Below the pieces are notes generated by a model. That model was not told the DNA's origin. It was given only the letters and a program-made list of their open reading frames with translations, and searched no databases. A DNA stretch of 64,000 nt, taken from an uncultured Anaerolineales bacterium (lineage in GTDB: Bacteria; Chloroflexota; Anaerolineae; Anaerolineales; UBA6663). Made by a program: the position numbers and the translations under genes. This document shows, in pieces, positions 1-8,827 of the stretch (position 1 is its first letter; each line of letters begins with the position of its first letter). Where the stretch lies: contig CAZCEC010000023.1 in NCBI GenBank assembly GCA_964497615.1, positions 3,474 to 67,473 on the forward strand. Direction: 5' to 3'.

Positions 1-61
1 TGGCATGTGGGGGTGAAGCTGGGATGCGATCGGTGAGCAGTGAAAGGCGGTTGGCCTGAAG

Positions 62-853
62 ATGCCGGTGATGGCATGGGCAGGCCAGCCGCTTTTTTAT
101 GCCGCCTATGGGGATGCAGCCGCGGGCCGGCCGCCGGTGGTGCTGGTGCACGGGGCGGGCGGCACGCATTTGCATTGGCCGCCGCAGGTGCGGCGCCTGG
201 CGGGCGCGCGCGTGCTGGCCCTGGACTTGCCGGGGCACGGTCAATCAGCCGCAGCCGACGCGGCCACCCAGGCGGCGAGCAGCATCGAGGTGAAGGCAAG
301 CGCCGTGCTGGCGGTGCTCGATGCTTTAGGGATCGCGCGGGCGGTGGTGGTGGGACATTCAATGGGCGGAGCGATAGCGCTGGCATTGGCGCTGGCGCGG
401 CCAGAGCGCGTGGCCGGTCTGGGCCTGGTGGGGACGGGAGCGCGGCTGCGGGTGGCGCCGGAAATCCTGGACGGGCTGACGCGGGACTTCGCGGGCACGG
501 TGGCCGCCATCGTGGAGCGGATGTTTGGGCCCCAGGCCCCCGAACGGCTGAAAGCGCTGGCCCTGAAACGCATGCTGGAAGTGGACGCGCGGGTCCTGCG
601 GGCGGATTGGGATGCCTGCAATGCGTTCGACGTGCGCGAGCGCCTGGGAGAGATCGCGGCGCCGTGCCTGGTAGTAACCGGCTCGGCGGATGTGATGACG
701 CCCGAGAAGTATGCGCGATTTCTGGCCGAAAGCCTGCCCGCGGCGCGGCTGCACGTGGAGGCGGGCGCGGGGCATATGGTGATGCTGGAGCGGCCGGAGG
801 CCGTGGCGCAGGTGCTGGGCGAATGGGTGCGGGGGGTGGACCCTAGGGAGTAG
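62..853 (+). CDS. alpha/beta hydrolase fold protein
   Basis: 263-aa ORF. It has the motif VVLVHGAGG...HW...LDLPGHGQS and a GHSMGG nucleophile elbow, plus a downstream His. The overlapping 40..846 ORF in another frame is Gly/Arg-rich junk. Confidence 0.7.
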   Translation: MPVMAWAGQPLFYAAYGDAAAGRPPVVLVHGAGGTHLHWPPQVRRLAGARVLALDLPGHGQSAAADAATQAASSIEVKASAVLAVLDALGIARAVVVGHSMGGAIALALALARPERVAGLGLVGTGARLRVAPEILDGLTRDFAGTVAAIVERMFGPQAPERLKALALKRMLEVDARVLRADWDACNAFDVRERLGEIAAPCLVVTGSADVMTPEKYARFLAESLPAARLHVEAGAGHMVMLERPEAVAQVLGEWVRGVDPRE

Positions 854-1496
854 GGATTGGGGGATCGGCGTTCGCGGCGAGAAGGGACTGCAAGTGGGGG
901 AGCGCGGATTGGAAGGCGCGGGCGCGGTGGCTGATCTGGTTCTTGATTGAGTCGGGCAGCTCGGCCAGGGTGGCGCCGCGGTCGGGGATATAGAAGAGAG
1001 GGTCGTAGCCGAAGCCGTTCTCCCCGCGCTCGGTCAGGGCGATTTCACCCAGCACTTCACCAGAGAACTCAACGACCTCGACGCGCCCATAAGGCAAGGG
1101 CTGCGCGACGGCGACGGCGCACACGAAGCGCGCCGGCCGCGGGGGCGGCACTTGGCGCAGATCGTGCAAGAGCTTGCGGCGGCGGTCGGCGTCGCTGGCG
1201 CCGGGGCCGGCGTAGCGGGCGGAATATAGGCCGGGCGCGCCGTCGAGCGCGTCCACTTCGAGGCCGGAGTCGTCGGCCAGGGTGGGCAGGCCGCTGGCAT
1301 GGGCGTAAGCAGCGGCCTTCAGGCGGGCGTTTTCGGCGAAGGTTTGGCCGGTCTCGGGGACGTCCAGGTCCAGGCCCAGGTCGGCGGGCAGCCGGAACTG
1401 ATCGGCGGGGAGATCAGCCAACAGGGCGAGGAACTCGCGGCGCTTGCCGGGGTTGAGGGTAGCGAGGAGGAGAGGCACTGGGATCGTCAGAAGCAA
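843..1496 (-). CDS. rdgB: non-canonical purine NTP pyrophosphatase (RdgB/HAM1 family, dITP/XTP pyrophosphatase)
   Basis: 217 aa. It has the LATxNxGKxREF N-terminal motif, the ENARLKA motif and the family-typical GFGYDPLF motif. It lies divergent from yceD. Confidence 0.85.
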   Translation of the reverse strand: MLLTIPVPLLLATLNPGKRREFLALLADLPADQFRLPADLGLDLDVPETGQTFAENARLKAAAYAHASGLPTLADDSGLEVDALDGAPGLYSARYAGPGASDADRRRKLLHDLRQVPPPRPARFVCAVAVAQPLPYGRVEVVEFSGEVLGEIALTERGENGFGYDPLFYIPDRGATLAELPDSIKNQISHRARAFQSALPHLQSLLAANADPPIPTP

Positions 1497-1838
1497 GTCG
1501 CTGGAATGTAGTGATAGCGGATTTCAGGGGCTTGGCCGCCCCGGCCGCATTCTAGCACAGGGAGCGGGGCGCGCAACGGAGCCGCAGGTCGAGGGCATTG
1601 CCCATGCCGCTGAGGCCGAGGAGCAGACAACCAAAGTGGACTGAATGGATGATATTTGGCAGAGACGAGGGCGGGTTTCGTTGGAGGAGGGTTGGAAGGA
1701 GCGGCCCAACGGGGGGACTGGGCCGCTATGCGAAGCGGGAAACGGTCCAAATGTGGGGGGTTATCGGACAATGACGCCAGATGTGGGTAATAGGCGCACA
1801 TAGTTTCTATTTTATGTCGGCAGATTTTTGGCATATTC

Positions 1839-1868
1839 TTGACTAATTAAAATTAAGCGTGCTATAAT
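1839..1868 (+). promoter_or_regulatory. sigma-70-type promoter: TTGACT (1839-1844), 18-nt spacer, TATAAT (1863-1868)
   Basis: Near-consensus -35/-10 hexamers sit in a local AT-rich island (about 1790-1890). This is highly atypical for a roughly 70% GC genome. It is about 30 nt upstream of the yceD GTG start. Confidence 0.55.
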
Positions 1869-1898
1869 GGCGCAGTTATTCCCCAAAATTCCAACCTT

Positions 1899-2438
1899 GT
1901 GAGCGTTGACCTGACGAAACCGGCAAGCCGCGTGCTGCGGCTGAACGTAGGGTTCCTGCTGAAGGAAGGCATTGGCTACAGTCGAGATTTCGACTTCGAC
2001 GAGCCGGTGGTGGCCTTTGGCGACGAGTTGACGGTGCACGATCTGCGCGGCGCCATCAATCTCACCCGCACGCCACAAGGGCTGTACGCGCAGGGCCGCC
2101 TGCGCGGGGTGGTGGACCACCAGTGCAGCCGCTGCCTGGTGGACATGCGCCAGCCGGTGAGCGCCCGCCTGGCCGAGTTGTACCACTATCCCCCCGAGAA
2201 CGCCCCCCTGGAAGCCTTGAAAGTAAGCGACGACCACCACCTGGACCTGACCCCCCTGGTGCGGGAGGATTTGCTGCTGTCGGTGCCCATCCAGGCGCTG
2301 TGCAAGCCCGACTGCAAGGGGTTGTGCCCCGAATGCGGGGCGGACTGGAATGAGGGGCCGTGCGACTGCCCGACCGAGGCGATCGATCCGCGCTGGGCCG
2401 GGCTGGCCGACTTGCTGAAGGAGCCGCCGACTGACTGA
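1899..2438 (+). CDS. yceD: YceD/DUF177 family protein (23S rRNA accumulation protein)
   Basis: 179 aa with a GTG start. The C-terminal motif C-x2-C...CKPDCKGLCPECGADWNEGPCDCP is typical of DUF177. Confidence 0.8.
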   Translation: MSVDLTKPASRVLRLNVGFLLKEGIGYSRDFDFDEPVVAFGDELTVHDLRGAINLTRTPQGLYAQGRLRGVVDHQCSRCLVDMRQPVSARLAELYHYPPENAPLEALKVSDDHHLDLTPLVREDLLLSVPIQALCKPDCKGLCPECGADWNEGPCDCPTEAIDPRWAGLADLLKEPPTD

Positions 2439-2531
2439 CACCGCCCGCCAACGCCCATGTTCATGACACCGCACTAAGCTTGTTCTTGTTATCGTCGTAC
2501 CTGCCGCAACCCAGTCTATCGCAGAGAGAGG

Positions 2532-3716
2532 GTGAGTGGGATGAAGTACACAGACGACTCTGGTAAGGATGCCGAAACACTGGCCGTTTTGATGGATAAG
2601 GCTTATGCGCAAGGTTACTTGTTGACCGACGACATTATTGAAGCCTTTCCCAAGGCCGAAGAGGCCAACGAACAACTCGAAGAGCTGTTCGCGTTTTTGA
2701 ACGGCGCCGGCGTGGATGTCTATGACGACCGGGCCGAAGTCCCTGCCAAGGCGCACACCAAGCCGCGCCGCCCCGAAGAAGAAGAGTTCGATCTGAGCAC
2801 CATTTCCACCGACGACACGGTGGGCTTGTATTTGAAGGAGATGGCGCGGGTGCCCCTGCTGACGACCGAGCAGGAGGTGGACCTGGCTAAGCGCGTGGAG
2901 CGCGGGCTGAACTCGCAGAAGAAGCTCGACCGGCTGAACGGGTCCACCGGATACAAGCGGCGCGCCCTGCTGGAAGGGCACGTGGAGGATGGGCGCGGCG
3001 CGCGTGAGCACCTAATCAAGGCCAATACGCGGCTGGTCGTGTCCATCGCCAAGAAGTACATTGGCCGGGGGGTGCCGTTCCTGGACCTGATCCAGGAGGG
3101 CAATTTGGGCCTGATGAAGGCGGTGGAAAAGTTTGATTACCGGCGCGGGTTCCGCTTCAGCACCTATGCCACCTGGTGGATCCGGCAGACAATCACGCGC
3201 GCCATCGCCGACCAGGGCCGCACGATCCGCGTGCCGGTGCACATGAGCGACCGCATCCGCCGGCTGTACAAGGCGGCGCGCCAGTTGGAGCAGACCTACG
3301 GCCGCAAGCCCACGCCGGAGGAGATCGCGCACGAACTGAACCTGGAGCCGCGCAAGGTGCAGTGGATGCTCAAGGTGAGCTGGCGGCCGCTCTCGCTGGA
3401 GCGCCCGGTGGGCGAAGAGGAAGACACCGAGTTTGGGGCCTTCATCGAGGACGACACCACCCCCACCCCCACCCAGAGCGCCTATCAGAATTTGCTGAAG
3501 GAAAAGGTCGAAGAGGTCCTGGCGACCCTGACCCCGCGCGAGGCCCGCATCCTGCGCCTGCGCTTCGGCTTGCAGAATGGGCGCTCGTACACCCTGGAAG
3601 AGGTGGGGCAGAAGTTTGGGCTGACACGCGAGCGCATCCGTCAGATCGAGGGCAAGGCGCTGCGCCGCCTGCGCCATCCACGCCGGTCGCGGCAACTGCG
3701 GGACTACCTGACGTAG
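2532..3716 (+). CDS. rpoD: RNA polymerase primary sigma factor (sigma-70 / SigA)
   Basis: 394 aa. Region 1.2/2 sequence [35 protein letters not shown] is present. Region 4 sequence [30 protein letters not shown] is present. The acidic region 1.1 is present. Confidence 0.95.
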   Translation: MSGMKYTDDSGKDAETLAVLMDKAYAQGYLLTDDIIEAFPKAEEANEQLEELFAFLNGAGVDVYDDRAEVPAKAHTKPRRPEEEEFDLSTISTDDTVGLYLKEMARVPLLTTEQEVDLAKRVERGLNSQKKLDRLNGSTGYKRRALLEGHVEDGRGAREHLIKANTRLVVSIAKKYIGRGVPFLDLIQEGNLGLMKAVEKFDYRRGFRFSTYATWWIRQTITRAIADQGRTIRVPVHMSDRIRRLYKAARQLEQTYGRKPTPEEIAHELNLEPRKVQWMLKVSWRPLSLERPVGEEEDTEFGAFIEDDTTPTPTQSAYQNLLKEKVEEVLATLTPREARILRLRFGLQNGRSYTLEEVGQKFGLTRERIRQIEGKALRRLRHPRRSRQLRDYLT

Positions 3717-3892
3717 CTTACAAGCAGTTGAGAGGGGATGAGACGGCGGGCGTCGAGAGGCGCCCGCTGCTGGTTTAAGGGGCCGGTCCGGGGAGGCTCA
3801 AGGGGCTGCGGCAGGGCTGGCGCGATATTCCGCCGGTGGTGGAGCAGGCACCCGCCCCCGCTCAAGGCGGCATAAGGCCCCGGTGAACGTGC

Positions 3893-6800
3893 TCACTGGC
3901 GTGAAGCCATCGGCAGGTACAGGCGCTGCGGCAAGGTTAGATGTATGGTCGCTGTGCCAGTCATTCCAGACGGGTCAGTCGCACGCAGCGTGAGGGTGTG
4001 CGGCCCAGGGCTTAGTTCGCGGAGGGCAAGGATAAGGATCTCGCCAGTGCCCAGTTGGCCGTCCCGGTCGGACTCCCAAACCAGACCCGCGCCACTGAGG
4101 GTGCCCGCCTCCGGATCGTAGGCGCTGCCCAGCAGGGTGAGTAGTTCTCCGGGCGCGATACGCGTCTGGTCGGCTGGGGAGACAATCGCGACGTGCGGCG
4201 CCTTCCCCGGCACGGTGAAGGGCGCGTCGGACTCGTCGGACGTGGTGTTAATCCCATCGGAGGCCATGACCCGGATCAGGGCCGATGACGACCCGGCCAA
4301 GAGAGCGGCATCCACGTTGAAGGCAGCCCCAGCCAAGCCGGTGGCCACGGTGGTCCACGTTCCGCCGCCATCGGCGCTGTAAAGCACGCTAAAGGTGAGC
4401 GGGTCGCCATCGAGGTCGGAGGCGCTCCAACTCACCGGGATGGTTGTACCGCTGACCACCCCGCCCCCGTTGGGCGCCAGCACTTGGACCGTGGGCGCAT
4501 GGGCGCTCACGGTGCGGGTGACAAGCACCTGGTCGCCGTGCCAAATGCCAACCTGGGTGGCGCCCGTCGCCCAGGGCACGAGCTCGAAGATGATACTGCC
4601 GACGCTGGCCGCCTGGTTGGCCTGGGCCGCGGTACACCCGCTGGGGCCGGAGTAGGTTTCAACCGCCTGGGTGCGCGGAGTGAACGGATACTGCGCCAAC
4701 AGCGATCCCTGGCTGTTGGCCAGCACGATTGAATAGTCACCGGCCTCGCGCTCGATTGCCTCCGGGGCATCTGGGAAGCGGAGGAACGGGTCGAGCGTCA
4801 CCGCGTCGGTCAGCGGATCGAGCACGCCGCGCACTAGCAGGCGCTCCACGCTCTGCGCCTGCTCAAGCTGTGCGGAACCGGCCCCAGTCTGGGTCCCCAG
4901 CAGACCGTTGCGGATGCGCCTGTAATTGAAGTCTGAAATCCACAGGTTGTTACAGTAAGTCATCATGTCCAATGAGTCCGGCCCATACACCTGCATCAGG
5001 TTGGTGTCAAGTCCGTAGTAGCGGCTTGGGTCGGTCGTGGGGCCGCCAATGCGGCCGCTGGGGTAGGGATAGGTGACGCAGTGCGGACTCGTACCTTCGG
5101 CCTGGCCCCGGCAAAAACCGGGGTGACACACGCCATAGGCGTGACCCAGTTCGTGGCCGCCGTACCAGTCGCCGAAGGAGCCGTCGGTGTCCCAGCCAAA
5201 CGTGTTGGCGCCCGTTGGCCCCGACATGGTGCCCGAGGCGCAGCAGCAACCTTGCATGAAGTAGTTCGCCGGCGGCGCTTCCAAGACCATGCCGTAGTAG
5301 CGCGTGGCGGCCGTCGCCGTGCCATTGATGATATCCATCGCCTTGATGGTCGCCAGGAGCGTGTTGGCCGTGCCGCAGTCGGGCAGCGCCGCGCCGGTCC
5401 ACAGCACCGTGGCCCGCGAAGTGTTGAGGGTGCCGATTGGGTAGACGGCGCGCACCCAGGCCTCCAGACGCGCATAGTCCAGCGTGCGCACGGTGTAGGT
5501 GACGGTGTTCGTCACAATGGTGATACCGACAGTCCGCAGGTTGATGGCCGGCACAACGCCAAAGCTCACCGAATGCGCATCCTGCAGTTCACCCAGCCCC
5601 GGAAACTCAACGCCATAGGGCGGCAGCACCCGAATGAACATGGTGCCACTGCCGGTAGCCGCGCTCTCGGGCAGCAGAAAGTTCAACGACTGGTTGAGCT
5701 GCCCCCGATCGGGGTGATCCAGCGCCGTCACCGAACCGCCAGGGTTGATGGGCGAGTACACGCCGCCGCCCGGATACGGGTAGTACAAGTAGCCGTGCAC
5801 GCCGGCCAGGCTGCCCAGGCCATCGGAGACCCGCAGGTGAATCCGCACCACGGTGCGCTTGCCGGCCACGAGCGGCACAGACGCGTACAGATCCTGGACG
5901 GACTGGTTGATTTCGAAGCCCGTGATGGCGATGCTGCGCACGACCGGCGGGGGCGGCTGCGTGGGCGTGAGGGTCGGGCTTGGGGTGAACGTTGGGGTGG
6001 GCTGGGTAATGGGCGCCGCCGCCTGGAGCGCCAGCACCAAGCGCGGACACTGGCTCCCTTCCCGGCTGCTGAAACTGCGCGAGTAGTAGCCCGCCGCCGG
6101 CCCGCGCACCTGCAGGCCATTGTTGGGCAGGCTACCGTTCACCCAGGCTTGCACCAGGGTAGTCACATTCCAGGCCTTGTAGCCGGTCAGGGTGCCGACG
6201 GGAATGGAGGCTTCCGGCGCAGCGGCAACGGCCGGCTGGCTGTCCCAGGTCACGCTGTACTCGCCCCAGGCGCCCGTCACCCGGTAGGCATCCAGCGTAA
6301 TCGGCGATGTGCCGCCAGACATGGTGAGGTAGGCCTCAAAGGAGGCGCTTTGGACAGTGGTGCCCAGCGGGATCAGCGACAGGTCGAATCTGACGAGGGC
6401 GCGGTTGTGGAACGAGTCGGGCCCGATCGCGTAAGCCGCGCGCAGTTGAGGCCCGCCGCCCAGGTTCAGCGTGCTCGCCTCTTGCATGATCGTCACATCG
6501 GCCACGGCGCACAGGGTCATGTAGGTGATGGCGGGCGTGGGGGAGGATGTCGCCGTCGCGGTGCGCGTGGGCGTGGCGGTCGAGGTGCGAGTCGGGGTGG
6601 CGATGGCGGTCGAGGTGCGGGTCAGCGTGACTGTGGGTGTCGAGGTGCGCGTCGGCGTGGCCGTGGACGTTGCGGTGCGAGTCGGCGTGACTGTGGGTGT
6701 CGAGGTGCGCGTGCGCGTAGGCGTGGCGGTGGCCGTTGCGGTGCGGGTCGGGGTGGGCGGTGTCGTGCCGCCTTGGTCCCAAAACAGGTTGCCTGAGAGC

Positions 6801-8380
6801 GTTTTTCCTTCAAGCGGGTAGCTGTAGCGAATCCAGTTGGCATCCACCACTGTGCCGCCCAGGCTGGTGGCGCCTTGGGAGCTATAGCCAGGCAAATCTA
6901 CTTGCCGCAGGTGGTAGTACTCACAAGTGACGCCTGCCCTCAGCGTGTACACCCCGCTTGGGTTGGTGAGCGTGCTGTCTATCAGGCTACCCAAATCGCC
7001 AGCGCTGTTGGAACAGTAGAGCTGCACGGTCACGCCGGTCAGGGGCGTGCCCAGGTCGCCCACGACGCCAACATACACCTGGCCCGACAGCACCCACAGG
7101 CGCGCCAGGCTTCCGTAAATGTCGGTGCCCAGGGCAGCGCTGTTGCGGCCATCTTCCCAGGCGACGAAGTACGTATCGGCCGCGCCCGCCGCGATGGCTG
7201 GCCGCTGCTCTTCGGGGAGCGCATTGGTGACAATGACCTCGCCCTGCAGCAGAGTTCCATTGGCGGCGACGCGCCGGCGGTAGATGTCGTGATCGCTGGC
7301 GCTCGCCTCGTATTCCCAAGTTACCATGAACTCGCCCGGCGCCGGCTGAAACGCCACGTTGGGGCTGAGCCGGCGCTGACTGCCGTCCCAACTGATGCCG
7401 AAGTTGCTGCCCACCAGGCTCCCTGTGCCACTCACCCGCTGGCCATAGATGTCGGCGTCGGCGCCCCAGGCCCAGTGATGATCTTCCCAAACAATGAGGA
7501 ACACGTCGCCCGCGGGGCAATAGGCCAGACGAGGTCGAATCTGATCATACTGCCAGGTGGAGATGCCAATGACGCCGCCCGTCAGGCTGCCGTTGGCGGC
7601 CACGCGCTGAGCCAGGATGTCGTACTCACCCGTGTCGGCCTGTTTGGCCTGCCAGGTCACCAGATACTGGCCGGCAGCAGAGCCAAAGGCAGCCACGGGA
7701 TTGGCCTCGTCCAGCGAACTGGCCGCAATCGCGAAAGGCCCACCGGCCAGGGCGCCATCGCCCGCGATCCGTTGGGCGTAGAGGTCACCGTGGACAAACT
7801 CATCGGCGCCCATGCGCCGCACCCAGACGATCAAGTACTCGTCGGCGGCCGCGTTGTAGGCGACGGCTGGGCTGCTGTCGTACGCGATGGGGAGGCTCAC
7901 TGCGATCTGGCTGCCAGTCAGGCTGCCCGCGCCGGAGACACGCTGGGCATACAGATCATGGTCGTTGGAGGCGTACTCATACTCCCAGACCACCAGGTAT
8001 TCATCTCGCACGGAGTTGTAGGCAATGGCCGGCGCCAGCCGATGGTTGCTGCCATCCCAAGAGATGCCGAACTGGACGCCGATTGGCACGCCATCGGCCC
8101 CAATGCGGCGGGCGTAGATGTCCCAATCGGCGCCATTGCCCCAGTGGTGGTCTTCCCACACAGCCAGGTATTCCTGCCTGACTGGGCTGAAGGCCAGCGC
8201 GGGGCGAACCTGGTCATATTCCCAGCTCACGATGGCCGTCACGGCCTCAGCCGCTTCTGGCACGAACGCCGCCGCCGACTTGACATCTGCCGGTGAAGGG
8301 CCAGAGCGGGCCGCGCTGACGGCGCCCAATGTTAGTGCCCCTGCCAATGCGACCAATCGCCAGCCCTGTTTCGTGTTCAT
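3893..8380 (-). CDS. large secreted multidomain zinc metalloprotease (HExxH). Domain order: signal peptide, 8 tandem ~50-aa propeller-like repeats, carboxypeptidase-regulatory-like domain, PT linker, DNRLRE/CBM-like domain, PT linker, HELGH metallopeptidase domain, Ig-like C-terminal domains
   Basis: The six-frame ORF runs 3893..8740. The plausible start is the internal ATG at 8380 (MNTKQGWRLVALAGALTLGAVSAA, a signal peptide) with AAGGAAC 7 nt upstream. The ORF's first 120 aa lack signal or support. Repeats carry P.vAYN..DEYLVVWE...D.YAQRV. The metalloprotease motif is GGHELGHAYGVCHPGFC. There are two Thr/Pro-rich linkers (TPTRTATATATPTRT...). A minus-strand promoter candidate is TTGAAA (8665-8660), 17 nt, TACGAT (8642-8637). 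Confidence 0.85.
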   Translation of the reverse strand: MNTKQGWRLVALAGALTLGAVSAARSGPSPADVKSAAAFVPEAAEAVTAIVSWEYDQVRPALAFSPVRQEYLAVWEDHHWGNGADWDIYARRIGADGVPIGVQFGISWDGSNHRLAPAIAYNSVRDEYLVVWEYEYASNDHDLYAQRVSGAGSLTGSQIAVSLPIAYDSSPAVAYNAAADEYLIVWVRRMGADEFVHGDLYAQRIAGDGALAGGPFAIAASSLDEANPVAAFGSAAGQYLVTWQAKQADTGEYDILAQRVAANGSLTGGVIGISTWQYDQIRPRLAYCPAGDVFLIVWEDHHWAWGADADIYGQRVSGTGSLVGSNFGISWDGSQRRLSPNVAFQPAPGEFMVTWEYEASASDHDIYRRRVAANGTLLQGEVIVTNALPEEQRPAIAAGAADTYFVAWEDGRNSAALGTDIYGSLARLWVLSGQVYVGVVGDLGTPLTGVTVQLYCSNSAGDLGSLIDSTLTNPSGVYTLRAGVTCEYYHLRQVDLPGYSSQGATSLGGTVVDANWIRYSYPLEGKTLSGNLFWDQGGTTPPTPTRTATATATPTRTRTSTPTVTPTRTATSTATPTRTSTPTVTLTRTSTAIATPTRTSTATPTRTATATSSPTPAITYMTLCAVADVTIMQEASTLNLGGGPQLRAAYAIGPDSFHNRALVRFDLSLIPLGTTVQSASFEAYLTMSGGTSPITLDAYRVTGAWGEYSVTWDSQPAVAAAPEASIPVGTLTGYKAWNVTTLVQAWVNGSLPNNGLQVRGPAAGYYSRSFSSREGSQCPRLVLALQAAAPITQPTPTFTPSPTLTPTQPPPPVVRSIAITGFEINQSVQDLYASVPLVAGKRTVVRIHLRVSDGLGSLAGVHGYLYYPYPGGGVYSPINPGGSVTALDHPDRGQLNQSLNFLLPESAATGSGTMFIRVLPPYGVEFPGLGELQDAHSVSFGVVPAINLRTVGITIVTNTVTYTVRTLDYARLEAWVRAVYPIGTLNTSRATVLWTGAALPDCGTANTLLATIKAMDIINGTATAATRYYGMVLEAPPANYFMQGCCCASGTMSGPTGANTFGWDTDGSFGDWYGGHELGHAYGVCHPGFCRGQAEGTSPHCVTYPYPSGRIGGPTTDPSRYYGLDTNLMQVYGPDSLDMMTYCNNLWISDFNYRRIRNGLLGTQTGAGSAQLEQAQSVERLLVRGVLDPLTDAVTLDPFLRFPDAPEAIEREAGDYSIVLANSQGSLLAQYPFTPRTQAVETYSGPSGCTAAQANQAASVGSIIFELVPWATGATQVGIWHGDQVLVTRTVSAHAPTVQVLAPNGGGVVSGTTIPVSWSASDLDGDPLTFSVLYSADGGGTWTTVATGLAGAAFNVDAALLAGSSSALIRVMASDGINTTSDESDAPFTVPGKAPHVAIVSPADQTRIAPGELLTLLGSAYDPEAGTLSGAGLVWESDRDGQLGTGEILILALRELSPGPHTLTLRATDPSGMTGTATIHLTLPQRLYLPMASRQ

Positions 8381-8827
8381 GGGGTGTTCCTTCGGCAGAA
8401 GGGCGAACGCGCGGCGCAGTCCCGCGCCCGCAGCACTGGCCGGCCAGTATGAAAACCCGGACGACTCAATTGGGTTGAAGTTGCGGCAAAGGAGGAAGCA
8501 AACCTGCACGCAAGCTGCAGAGCGTATGCCGCGACGGTGAGGAACGGTAGTACAGACACGTCGGCCTCCTCGGCCAGCCGTTCCACCCGGCGTGGCACGG
8601 CAGGCCGGGATACCGCGGAGGGCGGTGTCACCTCCTATCGTACGCCTGGCGGGGCGCGGTTTCAAGTCTGACTGAAACTGAGCTAGTTCGTCTTGTTTCT
8701 CAAGACTGCGCTGACCGGGCAAATTGGAACAGCCCCCCACCCGGCCCGATAGGGCGGCATGCGGCGGCCGCCAAGATCACCGGTTTGGGGGGCGCGCTGC
8801 GACGATGGAAGACTGAGGGGCGAACGA

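Noticed and set aside
1812-3011. 399-aa ORF on the minus strand overlapping yceD and rpoD
   Set aside because: It lies antisense to two well-supported genes. Its Gly/Arg/Val/Pro-rich composition is typical of spurious long ORFs in high-GC DNA, and no domain is recognisable.
5081-8296. Long plus-strand ORFs (571 aa at 5081-6796 and 473 aa at 6875-8296) antisense to the metalloprotease gene
   Set aside because: Their Arg/Gly/Ala-rich low-complexity translations are consistent with GC3-skew artefacts. The minus-strand product has clear domain structure and a signal peptide.
8381-8740. N-terminal 120-aa extension of the metalloprotease ORF (MGGCSNLPGQ...)
   Set aside because: It has no signal peptide or conserved sequence. 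The internal Met at 8380 begins a canonical signal peptide and has an RBS. The extension probably represents 5' UTR read in frame.
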